From Alphaproteobacteria bacterium (GTDB taxonomy: Bacteria; Pseudomonadota; Alphaproteobacteria; GCA-2731375): a stretch of 64,000 nucleotides of DNA. Of this stretch, positions 31,237 to 41,444 are shown piece after piece. The stretch spans positions 32,001 to 96,000 of the forward strand of contig CBDDBZ010000039.1 in NCBI GenBank assembly GCA_965225945.1. The letters run 5' to 3'. Both the position numbers and the translations under genes were made by a program. Under the pieces are notes generated by a model, which made no database searches, was not told the origin of the DNA, and saw only the letters and a list, made by a program, of their open reading frames with translations. The stretch's first letter is position 1, and each line of letters starts with the position of its first letter.

Positions 31237-31817
31237 GGTCGGGCACGACGCGCCAGCGGATCATGCCGCTCCTCGACGAGCCGCACGAAGGCCTGGCGCC
31301 GATCGTCGCCCGCGACAGGGTGAAGGCCATCAACAGGCTTAGAGCATGATCCGACCATATGGTGTTTTTGGGCTCCATGGAGCAGTTCGATCGCGACCGC
31401 GAGATCGCGCGTTGCTGCCTTATGGTGGTACAATAGGCCGACAACTCGCGCCATCGTCGGCATTCGGCGCCGCGGGGGATCGAATTCGGCGCCGATTGCT
31501 CATATGATCGCTTCACATTCGGTCCGATATGCGGCAGAATAATCTAACGTAAATTCGATATTCATGTGGCCACCGATGGTCGACATGGTCTCGGCCTTGG
31601 GCCCGGCCAGCGACCCCGGCGGTGATGGTTCGACATCGAACGCATGGAATCGGCCCGCCGTCGTGTGGGGGATGAATGGCGAGGCGGCCGGGAGGGGTGT
31701 CTGGACGAAGCTCGGACGCTCGGCGGCCAACGCCCGAGGCGTCGGGTCGGCTCGAAAGAGGCCGAACGGCGCGCGAAGGTGGTGACGATGAACGGCTATG
31801 CGAGGAGGGGAACAATC

Positions 31818-31982
31818 ATGGATCTCGAAACGGAACCAGTCCAGGAAGCCATCGATCGACCGACCAACGATCGGCCGACGGAACGGCCATGCCTTTGTTG
31901 TAACAAGATATTCTCCAGTGCGGGCTGGGCCAATCGGCTCTGCAACGATTGCAAGCGACGGGACGGACGGCCTTACTTCTGA
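31818..31982 (+). CDS. small Cys4 zinc-finger-like protein (54 aa)
   Basis: RPCLCCNKIFSSAGWANRLCNDCK; strong RBS gaggagggg. Confidence 0.7.
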   Translation: MDLETEPVQEAIDRPTNDRPTERPCLCCNKIFSSAGWANRLCNDCKRRDGRPYF

Positions 31983-32289
31983 GCCACGGCGCCGCGCGCT
32001 CGGACGACGGCGGGCGACGGCCTCGCCACGACACCCGATCGTTCGCGCCGGCCCCCCCTCGCGCGTGGCCCCGGTACGACATCGGAGCGCCGGGCGGTTT
32101 GTCGCGCCGTGCTTTGTTGTTGCGATATTTCCAGGGACGGCCTATATGGATCACGCCAGCATTTTGAGATACGTGGCGTATTTCGCTTCGTCACGCCGAC
32201 CAAGTCGTCATACCCCTCGGAACTTGATCAGCTGAGACCCGCCGACGCGTGTTGCGCCGGTGGCCCACGAACCTTGAAGGATATGACGA

Positions 32290-32499
32290 ATGACTATCGG
32301 AACCGTGAAATGGTTCAATGCCGTGAAAGGCTTTGGCTTCATCGCCCCGGATGGCGGCGGCAAGGACGCCTTCGTGCACATTTCGGCGCTGGAGCGCGCC
32401 GGCATTTCCGGCCTCGATGAAGGCCAGCGGGTCGACTACGAGCTGCAGCCGGGCCGCGACGGCAAATCTTCGGCGGAAAACCTGAAGATTGTCGAGTGA
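32290..32499 (+). CDS. cold-shock protein
   Basis: GTVKWFN..KGFGFI (RNP1) and AFVHIS (RNP2). Confidence 0.97.
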   Translation: MTIGTVKWFNAVKGFGFIAPDGGGKDAFVHISALERAGISGLDEGQRVDYELQPGRDGKSSAENLKIVE

Positions 32500-32517
32500 G
32501 CGGATACGACTTCGCGA

Positions 32518-32551
32518 GAAAGGGCCCGCCGCGTGCGGGCCCTTTCAATTT
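32518..32551 (+). terminator. intrinsic terminator hairpin after csp (possibly bidirectional)
   Basis: gaaagggcccgc-cgcgt-gcgggccctttc followed by aattt; lies between convergent genes. Confidence 0.8.
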
Positions 32552-32603
32552 GGCGCATCGTTCGGCCTGACGGAACCACCCGTTCCACCCCTCCTCGCAT
32601 GCA

Positions 32604-34412
32604 CTATGGCGCCACGGCGTAGAGGCGCATGCCGCTTCGGGCGCGGAAAGGGGTCTCGATCTCGGCGAGCCAAGGGGGTGGGCGGCCCTCGGCGATCGCC
32701 GCGACGAGACCGGCCGGCGCCCGGGCGCGGAGTTCGCGCGCCTCCGGGGCGCCGAGACAGACCAGCAGTAGATCGACGCCGCGCCGGCGGAAGATGGACC
32801 GCGCGGCCTCCGGCGCGGCCTCGAGGGCGTGAAGGCTGTCCATGATGCTCGCCCAGTTGCGATGGTTCGGCGTCGCGATCACCTCGTGGCGGCTACGATA
32901 AAGAATCTCGGGCGCGAAATTGACGTGGGTGATCAAACGTCGGGGGCCGGGGCCGAGGGCCGGCGTGTCCTCGAGCCAGCGCGCCGTTTCGCTCAGCGGA
33001 CAGGAGAGCCCGGCCTCGCCCGCGACCCGGGCCACGCCAGAGGGGATCAGCGCCAGACCCAGGATCGGGAAGCCCAGCAGCAACACGACCGTGGCGGCGG
33101 CGCGGGCGAGCGCGCGAAGCGTCGCCGGCAGCCCGTCGGCGCGGCGCAGGCAGGCGAGGATCAGGGCGGCGTGGGGGATCGCCAGGGCGCATTGCGCGAA
33201 GCCGCCCCAGCGTTGCTGGTAGGCCGCGAAGCCGACGAAGACGAGGCCAAGGACAGTGAGGTAGCGCCAGGCCCGCCGGCTGTCCAGTGGGCCGCGAACG
33301 GCCCGGTGAAGCGCCACCGGCAGGGCCAGCGTGGCGACACCGAGATGAAAGACGAAGAGCGGCAGGGTGGCGGAAAGGTCGCGCGCGTCGAGCATCGGCC
33401 GCATCTCGGCGATCGAGTCGATCCAGCGGCGGATCGATTCCGCCGACATCGCGGCGTAAGGTCCGTCGAGGAAGGCGGGGAAGAGCCAAGCGACGAGCCC
33501 GATGGGTAGCGCCAGGGCGAAGCTCGCCAGCAGCGCCCGCCGCCAGGCCGCCGCCGCCAGCCCCCCCATGCGGTCGAGGCTGGCGAGGATGAGAAGCCCG
33601 CCCGCCGCGCCGGCGAGAAGCGTCAGATGTGGCAACGACAGGGCGTCGTAGACCACGAGATCGAAGGTAGCGGTCCCGTGCTCGACGGCAAGCACCAACG
33701 CGGCCCCCACCGCCAGGGCCGAGGCGTGGACCGCCGCCTTCGCCACGAAGTCTCCCCGCACGACGATCCAGCCGAGGCCGAGCGCGGCGAGACCGATCCC
33801 GCTCGCGATCATCGCTTCCAGCGAGATCCAGAGGCCGAGCACCGCCGGCAGGGCGGCCAGGAGTGCAGGCCGGGGTCCCGCGTCGGCCGCCAGCATCCGC
33901 ATCGTCGCGCCGATCTGCCAAAGGAAGAGCAGCAGCAGCAAGGCGTGCTGGTCCGGACGCCCGAGCGAGGAAAGGTGGATGACGAAGAGGCCGAGGGCGA
34001 AAACGATGCCGAGATAGACCAAGCCCTGATCGTCGAAGAGCCGCCGCCCGGCCCAGAGCAGGACCATGAGGGAGAGGAGATGCAGGACCGGGCTGGCAAG
34101 GATGCCCGAGAGGTAGAGCGCCCCGGTCCGCTCGGTGAAGGGGAGGAACGCCAGCGCGCCGGCGATCAACAGCACGTCATAGGGCCGGGGCCAGTAGATG
34201 TCGTCGCCCGCCGGCGGATTGCCGCGCGCGAGGCGCCGGTCGAACCAGTCGCCGCCGGCCAGCAGGGCCTCGGCCCGAAGCAAGTGGGTGTAGCCGTCGA
34301 TGCCGACGAGACGGCCTTCCAGCACCGGTGCCCCGTCGCGGACATGGTTGGTGAGCTGCATCGCCAGCGCCAGCAACAGCGGAAAGAGCAGAATTTTGGC
34401 GTAACGACGCAT
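32604..34412 (-). CDS. polytopic membrane protein, STT3/GT-C glycosyltransferase-like
   Basis: DGYTHLLR...DWFD...G..IYWPRPYD, GRPDQHA, many TM helices, SIAEMRP. Confidence 0.6.
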   Translation of the reverse strand: MRRYAKILLFPLLLALAMQLTNHVRDGAPVLEGRLVGIDGYTHLLRAEALLAGGDWFDRRLARGNPPAGDDIYWPRPYDVLLIAGALAFLPFTERTGALYLSGILASPVLHLLSLMVLLWAGRRLFDDQGLVYLGIVFALGLFVIHLSSLGRPDQHALLLLLFLWQIGATMRMLAADAGPRPALLAALPAVLGLWISLEAMIASGIGLAALGLGWIVVRGDFVAKAAVHASALAVGAALVLAVEHGTATFDLVVYDALSLPHLTLLAGAAGGLLILASLDRMGGLAAAAWRRALLASFALALPIGLVAWLFPAFLDGPYAAMSAESIRRWIDSIAEMRPMLDARDLSATLPLFVFHLGVATLALPVALHRAVRGPLDSRRAWRYLTVLGLVFVGFAAYQQRWGGFAQCALAIPHAALILACLRRADGLPATLRALARAAATVVLLLGFPILGLALIPSGVARVAGEAGLSCPLSETARWLEDTPALGPGPRRLITHVNFAPEILYRSRHEVIATPNHRNWASIMDSLHALEAAPEAARSIFRRRGVDLLLVCLGAPEARELRARAPAGLVAAIAEGRPPPWLAEIETPFRARSGMRLYAVAP

Positions 34413-34435
34413 CGCGCGCGGGGCCCGGCCGGCCG

Positions 34436-35935
34436 CTACCAGACCCCGATGAGATAGCCCCGCTGGCGCGAGGTGGCGGTGCGCCGCGCGATCTCCGCGT
34501 CCGACAGCGTGACCCGGGTACGGCGCGCGCGGAGCCAGGCAAAGAGCCGTTCGTGCAGCTCGGCCAGAACCGCCACTGCTGCCGGATCCGAGCCGAGGTC
34601 GTGCAGTTCCTCCGGGTCCTCCTGAAGATCGAAGAGCTGGGGGCGGAAGCCCTGGTAGTGGCAATACTTCCAGCGCGCGGTGCGGACCATGAAGGCCCGC
34701 GCGTCGGCCGGCGCCAGGTCCAGCGTCAGGCGGGCGCGGCGCAGCGAATAGTCCGCCTCGCTGATCGCCGCCTCGCCCCCCATCGCTTCGAGGAAGGTCG
34801 GCAGCAGATCGATAACCTCCACGAGGCGGGCATCGACGGTGCCGCGCGTCGCCTCGGCGGCAGGGCCGGGGTCGACCAGGATTAGTGGTATCCGCGCCAC
34901 GGGCTCGTGAAAGAGTTCCTTTTCGCCCAGCCAATGGTCGCCCAGATAGTCGCCGTGGTCGGAGGTGAAGACGATCATCGTGTCGTCCAGCCGCCCGGCC
35001 CGCGCCAGGAACGCCGTCAACCGGCCGATGTGGTCGTCGATTTGCTTCACCAGCCCCATGTAGGTGGGGATGACGTGGTGGCGGACCTCCTCGGACTGGA
35101 AGGCGCGGCTGTCGTCGTGCGCCATGAAGGCTGCGTGGACGGGGTGGGGCGCCTCCCGCTCCCTCGGGTGGCGGTTGGCGGCGAGGACCTGGTTGGCGCC
35201 GTACATGTCGTTATAAGGGGCGGGCGCGATATAGGGCCAGTGCGGCTTGATGTAGGAGAGATGCAGGCACCAGGGCGCCGCGCCCGCCTCCTCGATGAAG
35301 GCCATCGCGCGATCTGTCATGTAGGCGGTCTCGGAGTGTTCCTCGGCAACCCGGGCCGCCAGGCGCGCGTTTCGCAGGTGCCAGCCGCTCAGGATTTCGC
35401 CCGCCGGGCCCAGGGCGGCGTTGGCGGCGGTGTGCCAGGGGTTTTCGCCTTGGTAGCCTTGCTCTCGAAGATAGCGGTTGTAGGCGAGGTCGGGATCGGC
35501 GATTTGCTCGGGGTGCAGGCCGTCGTCGCGCTCGTAGGCTTCGAAGCCGCACTCGGCGATTCCACGGCCTACGGCCGACTCGGCCTCGAGCGCGAGCCTG
35601 GCCAGCCCCTCGAGGTCGGGGACCATGTGGGTCTTGCCGACCAGCGCCACGCGCAGGCCCAGTGGGCGCAAATAGTCCCCCATCGTCCACTCGTCGACCC
35701 GGAGCGGGATGTTGTTCCAGTTGGAGCCGTGGCTGAACATGTAGCGCCCGGTATAGAACGACATGCGCGAGGGCCCGCAGACCGGTGACTGGCAATAGGC
35801 CCGGGAGAAGCGGACGCCGCGCGCCGCCAGCGCGTCGATATGGGGTGTCTCCAGGTGCGGGTGTCCCTCGCAGCCGAGATAGTCGGCGCGGAGCTGATCG
35901 CACATGATGAAGAGGATGTTTCGAACCGCGCCCAT
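34436..35935 (-). CDS. sulfatase/phosphonate monoester hydrolase family protein
   Basis: ILFIMCDQLRAD, CGPSR (CxPxR), KPHWP, TSDHGDYLGDH. Confidence 0.9.
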   Translation of the reverse strand: MGAVRNILFIMCDQLRADYLGCEGHPHLETPHIDALAARGVRFSRAYCQSPVCGPSRMSFYTGRYMFSHGSNWNNIPLRVDEWTMGDYLRPLGLRVALVGKTHMVPDLEGLARLALEAESAVGRGIAECGFEAYERDDGLHPEQIADPDLAYNRYLREQGYQGENPWHTAANAALGPAGEILSGWHLRNARLAARVAEEHSETAYMTDRAMAFIEEAGAAPWCLHLSYIKPHWPYIAPAPYNDMYGANQVLAANRHPREREAPHPVHAAFMAHDDSRAFQSEEVRHHVIPTYMGLVKQIDDHIGRLTAFLARAGRLDDTMIVFTSDHGDYLGDHWLGEKELFHEPVARIPLILVDPGPAAEATRGTVDARLVEVIDLLPTFLEAMGGEAAISEADYSLRRARLTLDLAPADARAFMVRTARWKYCHYQGFRPQLFDLQEDPEELHDLGSDPAAVAVLAELHERLFAWLRARRTRVTLSDAEIARRTATSRQRGYLIGVW

Positions 35936-36178
35936 GCACAGCGCCTCGTTGGGGCGGACCCACTGGCCCAGCCGGTGGACTATAGTGAGCGCCCGAGGGC
36001 CGGGCAAAGACCCAGGGACTTCGGCAGGGAAACGTTAACATGGTGACGGCGGGCATATATCGACGATCGAGGCGCGCGCAGAAGAATCACCGCCGAGCTT
36101 CCGGGCTGCGCGTTGACGCAACCGCCCTTGGACTATTATACCATCGAGCCCATGAACGGACCCATCGGCCACACGAGT

Positions 36179-36293
36179 CGTCGTCGCGAGCGAAGCGTGG
36201 CGATCCAGGGCCGCGCGCCCAGCGCTTCGAGATTTTGGCGCGACTTCGACGCCTACTGGATCGCCACACTCGCTTCGGTCGTTCGCGATGACG
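36179..36293. repeat. palindromic intergenic repeat (REP/RPE-like)
   Basis: Arms cgtcgtcgcgagcgaagcgtggcgatccag and ctggatcgccac...ttcgcgatgacg form an imperfect inverted repeat. Confidence 0.65.
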
Positions 36294-37342
36294 CCGAGAA
36301 GCGGGGAAGTCGATGAGTCATTTCGCAAGCTCGCCGGTATTAGGCCAAGTGCTTGGTCTGGCTGTGTGAACACCTGCCCAGCTTAGACGGCACGTTGGTT
36401 GCCCGCGCCCGCGAGCTACCGGCCCAGACAGGTTGCGTTGAAGCTCCGGAAGCGGGATTGGTGTCGTGGGACCGAGCGACACACAGGGTGGTGACGATCT
36501 AATTGGTTTGTTGCCGTTATTGCTTGCACTAGGGGCTGTATCCCACGATACTACAATTATCATACGACAAATGATCGAGACAAGGCGGCGGCGATTTTCT
36601 GCATTAACAGTCTAAAGGAGTTATGAATATGGCCCTCTATGATAAATCAGTGAGGGACTTAATGAGGGAAGATTTAGTGGAGAGTTTGAACTTGGATGGT
36701 GGTCGAAATTTTTATCGCCGGCAACTCATAAGTTGGTTTGGGGAACACTACCCGAAGGTAAAACAGGGAACTATAACTGCGCATCTTATTAGGTTGACGA
36801 CTAATGCGCCAAGTAGGACGCATTATCACGCGAAGCCAGGGGAAGATGACGTATTCTATCAGATCGACAGAGGCCGCTTTCGGCTATATGACGCGGATAC
36901 AGATCCCGAACCGATTAATACGACTGCCACTGCCTCTATCGCTGGAGAAACCGCGACAGAAAGTGAGCCAGAACCGGACGAAACAACAGACGGCAATGAA
37001 TTTGCATATGAGCGTGATTTACAAAACTTCCTTTCAAGAAATCTCAATTTACTCGAACCCGGCCTGAGACTATACGAAGACGAAGGCGTTACCGGGACTG
37101 AATTTCCTGTTGGTGGGCGTTTTGTCGATATTTTGGCGAAAGACGATCGGAGCCGGCTTGTAGTTATAGAACTTAAGGTTTCGCGTGGTTACGATAGGGT
37201 GGTGGGTCAAATTTTGCGTTACATATCGTGGATACAAAAAAACCAAGCCGAAGAAGGGCAAGAAGTTCGTGGAATTATCATTGCCAGGGAAATTACCGAG
37301 GATTTAATCCTTGCATGCGAAAACATACCGTTTATCGACTTA

Positions 37343-38512
37343 TACCAATCGGCATTAATCAGAACTCATGCGCCCATTTACGCCGCCCGATGGACGTGAT
37401 GTTCCATGGTTGATCGATGAGCTTGTTCCAGGCTTCGCAGCAGGAGGTGATGATCTGCTCGTCGGATTGGAAGACCAAGTTGGACAGCCAGTTGTCGCGC
37501 ATGAACTGCCAGATGTTTTCGGTCGGATTGAGCTCCGGCGAGCGTGGTGGCAGGGGCAGGAGGGTAACGTTGGCGGGGATCTTCAGCTTGTCCGTGGTGT
37601 GCCAACCCGCCTGATCGAGGAGCAGGAGGGCATGCGCGCGCGCGCCTACCCGGGAGGAGATCTCCTCCAGATGCAGCTGCATGGCCTGGGTGTCGCAGTG
37701 GGGGAGCACGAGGGCGGCGCCGACGCCGCGTTCGGGACAGATGGCGCCGAAGATATAGGCTGATTTGGTGCGCTGGTCATGCGGTGCGCGGGGCCGGGTT
37801 CCGCGCCGCGCCCAGCGCCGAGTGATCTTGTTCTTCTGGCCGACACGGGCTTCGTCCTGCCACCAGATTTCTATCTCGGTGCCGTCGGGCAGGCGCCGGC
37901 GGGCTTGTGCCACCAGCTCGGGGATTTTTTTTAAAATCCTCGATGACGCCCTCCTCCTGGGCATGGTGGCGCGGACGCGCCGTCATCTTCGTGAAGCCCG
38001 TCGCCTTCAATTCCCGGCTCACCGTGGTCTCGTCGAGCGAGATCGCGAACATATCCCGGATCCAGCCCGCCAGATCCTTCAGCCGCCAGCGCACCACGCC
38101 GTCGACCGCCGGGTTCGGCCCCGCATCGACGCGTGCCCCCAGCGCCTGGCGTTGTGCATCGTCGAGCTTCGCCACCGCACCGGGCGCCTTGCGATCGATC
38201 AAGCCGTCCGGGCCCTCGGCGTTGAAATGCAACACCCAATCTCGGATCACCTGAAGCCCCACGTGGCCGGTCCGTGCCGCATCCGTCCGCCGCCCACCGT
38301 CATAGATCACCGCGAGAGCCAAGAGCCGGCGGCTCTGGCCGGCATCCTTGGAAAGCTTCGCCAAGCGACGCAGCTCCGCCGCATCGAAATCCTCTCGTAA
38401 CCCGATCGCCGCTCCCATGGTGAACCTCCTCAACTCCGAATCACCGGAATTGAGTCAGAAATCATCCACCATGGGAATCCTCAAAGTGAGTCTCCCTCAA
38501 GGCCAATTGGTA
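37343..38512 (-). mobile_element. IS630-family insertion sequence, copy 1
   Basis: Ends taccaatcggc / gccaattggta; TA (TTA) duplicated on both flanks. Confidence 0.92.
37359..38418 (-). CDS. IS630 transposase (orfA/orfB joined at a TTTT-A8 slippery site near 37925-37936)
   Basis: HTH orfA (...DFKK) and DDE orfB (WQDEARVG, LDQAGWH, SPELNPTE). Confidence 0.88.
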
Positions 38513-38602
38513 TTATATGAGTATCAACTGTCCATCTCTTTAAAAAAATTGCGCCGAGATTGCTAGACGATTATAGCTTGATTTTCCCGGCAATGGCTCG
38601 TT

Positions 38603-38640
38603 GTTTAAAATAGTGCGCTAGGTTTAAAATAGTGCGCTAG
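38603..38640. repeat. exact 19-bp tandem duplication
   Basis: gtttaaaatagtgcgctag twice. Confidence 0.9.
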
Positions 38641-38901
38641 AGATATAAAACGGCATAGATTTGTCTTTAAACTTTCGCCGCCTGCAAACCCTATGGTCAA
38701 AATTTTCGTGTTTCGGTTCTCTAAATATTGTACTAATTGTCAATCGGCCAAACCTGCGACCGCGCCAGGGCGTTTTTCCCGATTTTTTCCCGACGCGACA
38801 CAACCGCCAACACGGCGCGAAATTGGTCGGCTAAATGCGAGATCGCGCTCGATCTGCTTACACGCGACGCCGCCGGAACCCGAGCCGGCCCACAGCCCCC
38901 C

Positions 38902-40050
38902 TCAAGCTTGTTGTACGGCCTGGGCGGCCTCCAGCGCGGCGATCTCATCGGCGCCGAAGCCCCAGTCCGACAAGCTTTCGCGGGTGTTGTCGCCGGGGCC
39001 GGCCGGCGGGCGCTGGACCTCGGGCTTGGTGCGGGAGAAGCGCGGCGTGGGCGCCGGTTGCAACACGCCCTCGACCTCGATGAAGCTTTGCCGCGCCTGG
39101 TTGTGGGCATGCTCGCCGACCTCGGCGAAGTTCAGCACCGGGGCGAAGCAGATGTCCGAGCCCTCCATGATTTCGCACCACTCGTCGCGCGTCTTGGACT
39201 TGAAGATCTCGGCCATGCGCGTCTTCATGGCGGGCCAACTGGCGCGGTCCATCTGTTCGGGTAGGTCCTCGTTGTCGAGCCCGGTCTTCTCCAGCAGTTC
39301 GCGATAAAACTTGCGCTCGATCGAGCCGATGGAGACGTATTTTCCGTCCTTGGTTTCATAGGTGTTGTAGAAGTGCGCGCCGGTGTCGACGATGTTGCTG
39401 CCGCGTTCCGGCGACCAGAAGCCCGAGGCTTGCCAGCCATAGGCGGAGGTGGCGAGATAGGCTGCCCCCTCGGTCATCGCGCAGTCGATCACCTGGCCCT
39501 CGCCGGACTGGCGCGTCTCCAACAGCGCGGCGACGACGCCGAAGGCGAGGAACATGCCGCCGCCGCCGAAATCACCCACCAGATTCAACGGCGGCGTCGG
39601 CGGCCCGCCGCTCTGGCCGATCGCATCCAGCGTGCCGGAGAGCGCGATGTAGTTGATGTCGTGGCCGGCGGCGTGCGCCACCGTGCCGTCTTGACCGAAG
39701 CCGGTCATACGGCCGTAGACGAGCCTGGGATTGCGCTCGAGGCAGACCTCGGGGCCGAGACCGAGACGCTCGGTGACGCCGGGGCGGAAGCCCTCGATCA
39801 GGGCGTCGGCGTTCTCGACCAGGCGCAGCACCGTCGCCACGCCCTCGGGGTTCTTCAGGTCGACGGCGATCGACCGCCGGCTGCGGTTCAGGACAGCGAA
39901 GCGCCGCTCGGTGGCGACGCCCAGATCGGCCTCGGCGGTGCGGTCGATCCGCAACACCTCGGCCCCCATGTCCGCCAGCAACATGGCGCAGAACGGCCCG
40001 GGGCCGATGCCGGCGAGCTCGATGATCTTGAGTCCCTCGAGTGGTCCCAT
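38902..40050 (-). CDS. CaiB/BaiF family, alpha-methylacyl-CoA racemase-like
   Basis: AGIGPGPF, EGFRPGV.ERLGLGP, AGHDINYIA, NLVGDFGGG. Confidence 0.92.
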   Translation of the reverse strand: MGPLEGLKIIELAGIGPGPFCAMLLADMGAEVLRIDRTAEADLGVATERRFAVLNRSRRSIAVDLKNPEGVATVLRLVENADALIEGFRPGVTERLGLGPEVCLERNPRLVYGRMTGFGQDGTVAHAAGHDINYIALSGTLDAIGQSGGPPTPPLNLVGDFGGGGMFLAFGVVAALLETRQSGEGQVIDCAMTEGAAYLATSAYGWQASGFWSPERGSNIVDTGAHFYNTYETKDGKYVSIGSIERKFYRELLEKTGLDNEDLPEQMDRASWPAMKTRMAEIFKSKTRDEWCEIMEGSDICFAPVLNFAEVGEHAHNQARQSFIEVEGVLQPAPTPRFSRTKPEVQRPPAGPGDNTRESLSDWGFGADEIAALEAAQAVQQA

Positions 40051-40192
40051 GAGGTGGCCTCGCTCCTCCTCCGATTATCGGCAGGCGGCACGATAGCGCA
40101 TGGCTTCGCCGTTCCAAAATCCGCGGTCGGGGAATCGCGTTTGGGCGCCGGCTCGTGTAAGGAAGCGCGAAGCCGAAGCCCGGAACGCCGCC

Positions 40193-40537
40193 ATGCCGCC
40201 CCGATTCAATCCCTTGAAACTCAATAAGCTGCAGCTCCGCACCCTTGTCGTGCTGCAGGAGTTGGCGCGCCATCCGGAGACCTCGACGACCAACGAGGCG
40301 AGTGGCGAGGTCCTCATCACCATGCTGCCGCGCCCGCACGGCAATCACATCCACGTCGGCCGGCGGATCGTCATGACCAAGGATGCGAGCGGCCTGTGGA
40401 ACGAGGCGGTCTGGCGGGCGCTGGAGCGCAAGGGCCTGGTGAGCCAGGAGTATCCGGTGGCGATCCGCCTGAAACCCGAGGCCGTGGCCTACGAGACCCG
40501 GATGGCCGAGGCTATATTCCTCGGCGCCGACCATTGA
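40193..40537 (+). CDS. conserved hypothetical protein
   Basis: MPPRFNPLKLNKLQLRTL...PHGNHIHVG...GL.NEAVW.ALERKGL; host-like codon usage. Confidence 0.7.
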   Translation: MPPRFNPLKLNKLQLRTLVVLQELARHPETSTTNEASGEVLITMLPRPHGNHIHVGRRIVMTKDASGLWNEAVWRALERKGLVSQEYPVAIRLKPEAVAYETRMAEAIFLGADH

Positions 40538-40592
40538 CGCCGTTCGCCATGATTCGCGCACAGCCAAACGCCGGCGGGAAAATCGACAGCGC

Positions 40593-41444
40593 ATGACCGA
40601 TAGCAACGAAGCCAAGCCTCGGATCTCCTTCCAGGGAGATTGGGGCGCCTATTCACACCTCGCCTGTCGCGAGGCGGCACCGGATTACGCGCCCCTGCCG
40701 GCCGAGAGCTTCGAGGAGGCCTTCGCCGCCTGCTCCGAGGGCCGCGCGGCGCGGGCGATGATCCCGATCGAGAATTCCGTCGCCGGCCGGGTGGCCGACA
40801 TCCACCACCTGCTGCCCAACTCCGACCTGTTCTTGATCGGCGAGCATTTCCAGCGGGTCCACCACCACCTCCTCGCCCTCAAGGCAGCGACGCTGGAGAG
40901 CATCCGGGAAGTGCACAGCCACATTCACGCCCTTTCCCAGTGCCGTAAGCTGATCCGCGAGCTGGGGGTGAAGCCGATTCAGCATGGCGACACGGCGGGC
41001 GCCTGCCGCATGGTGGCGGAGCGTGGCGACTCGACGATCGCGGCGCTCGGCTCCAGCCTCGCGGCCGAGACCCATGGCCTGAAGAGCTTGCGCGACGGCG
41101 TCGAGGACCACGACAACAACATCACCCGCTTCCTCGTCATGGCGCGGGAGCGGATCGTGCCGCACCCCAAGGACGGGCCGGTGATGACCAGCTTCATCTT
41201 CGCCGTCAACAGCGTGCCGGCGGCGCTCTACAAGGCGCTCGGCGGCTTCGCCACCAACGGCGTCAACATCACCAAGCTGGAGAGTTACATGCTCGAGGGC
41301 AGCTTCGAGCAGGCCCAATTCTACGCCGACATCGAGGGCCATCCCGACGATCCCGCGGTCGAGCGAGCGCTCGGCGAGCTCAATTTCTTCTGCAAGACGA
41401 TGAAACTGCTGGGCACCTATCCGCGCAACCCCTTCAGGGGCTGA
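40593..41444 (+). CDS. pheA: prephenate dehydratase
   Basis: FQG..GAYSH, PIENS, SHIHALSQC, NITRF, ACT domain with TKLES. Confidence 0.95.
   Translation: MTDSNEAKPRISFQGDWGAYSHLACREAAPDYAPLPAESFEEAFAACSEGRAARAMIPIENSVAGRVADIHHLLPNSDLFLIGEHFQRVHHHLLALKAATLESIREVHSHIHALSQCRKLIRELGVKPIQHGDTAGACRMVAERGDSTIAALGSSLAAETHGLKSLRDGVEDHDNNITRFLVMARERIVPHPKDGPVMTSFIFAVNSVPAALYKALGGFATNGVNITKLESYMLEGSFEQAQFYADIEGHPDDPAVERALGELNFFCKTMKLLGTYPRNPFRG

Larger units (their letters stand above)
36623..38566 (+). pseudogene. NucS/EndoMS-type PD-(D/E)XK nuclease-domain gene split near its 3' end by IS630
   Basis: ERDLQNFL..NL..LEPGL, VDILAKD, VIELK, VGQILRY. Removing the IS restores ...FIDL-YEYQLSISLKKLRRDC* (stop at 38564-38566). 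AT-rich relative to the host. Confidence 0.85.

Noticed and set aside
31223-31815. Short ORFs between HIT and the zinc-finger gene
   Set aside because: No recognisable motifs, RBS or host-like codon bias; left unannotated.
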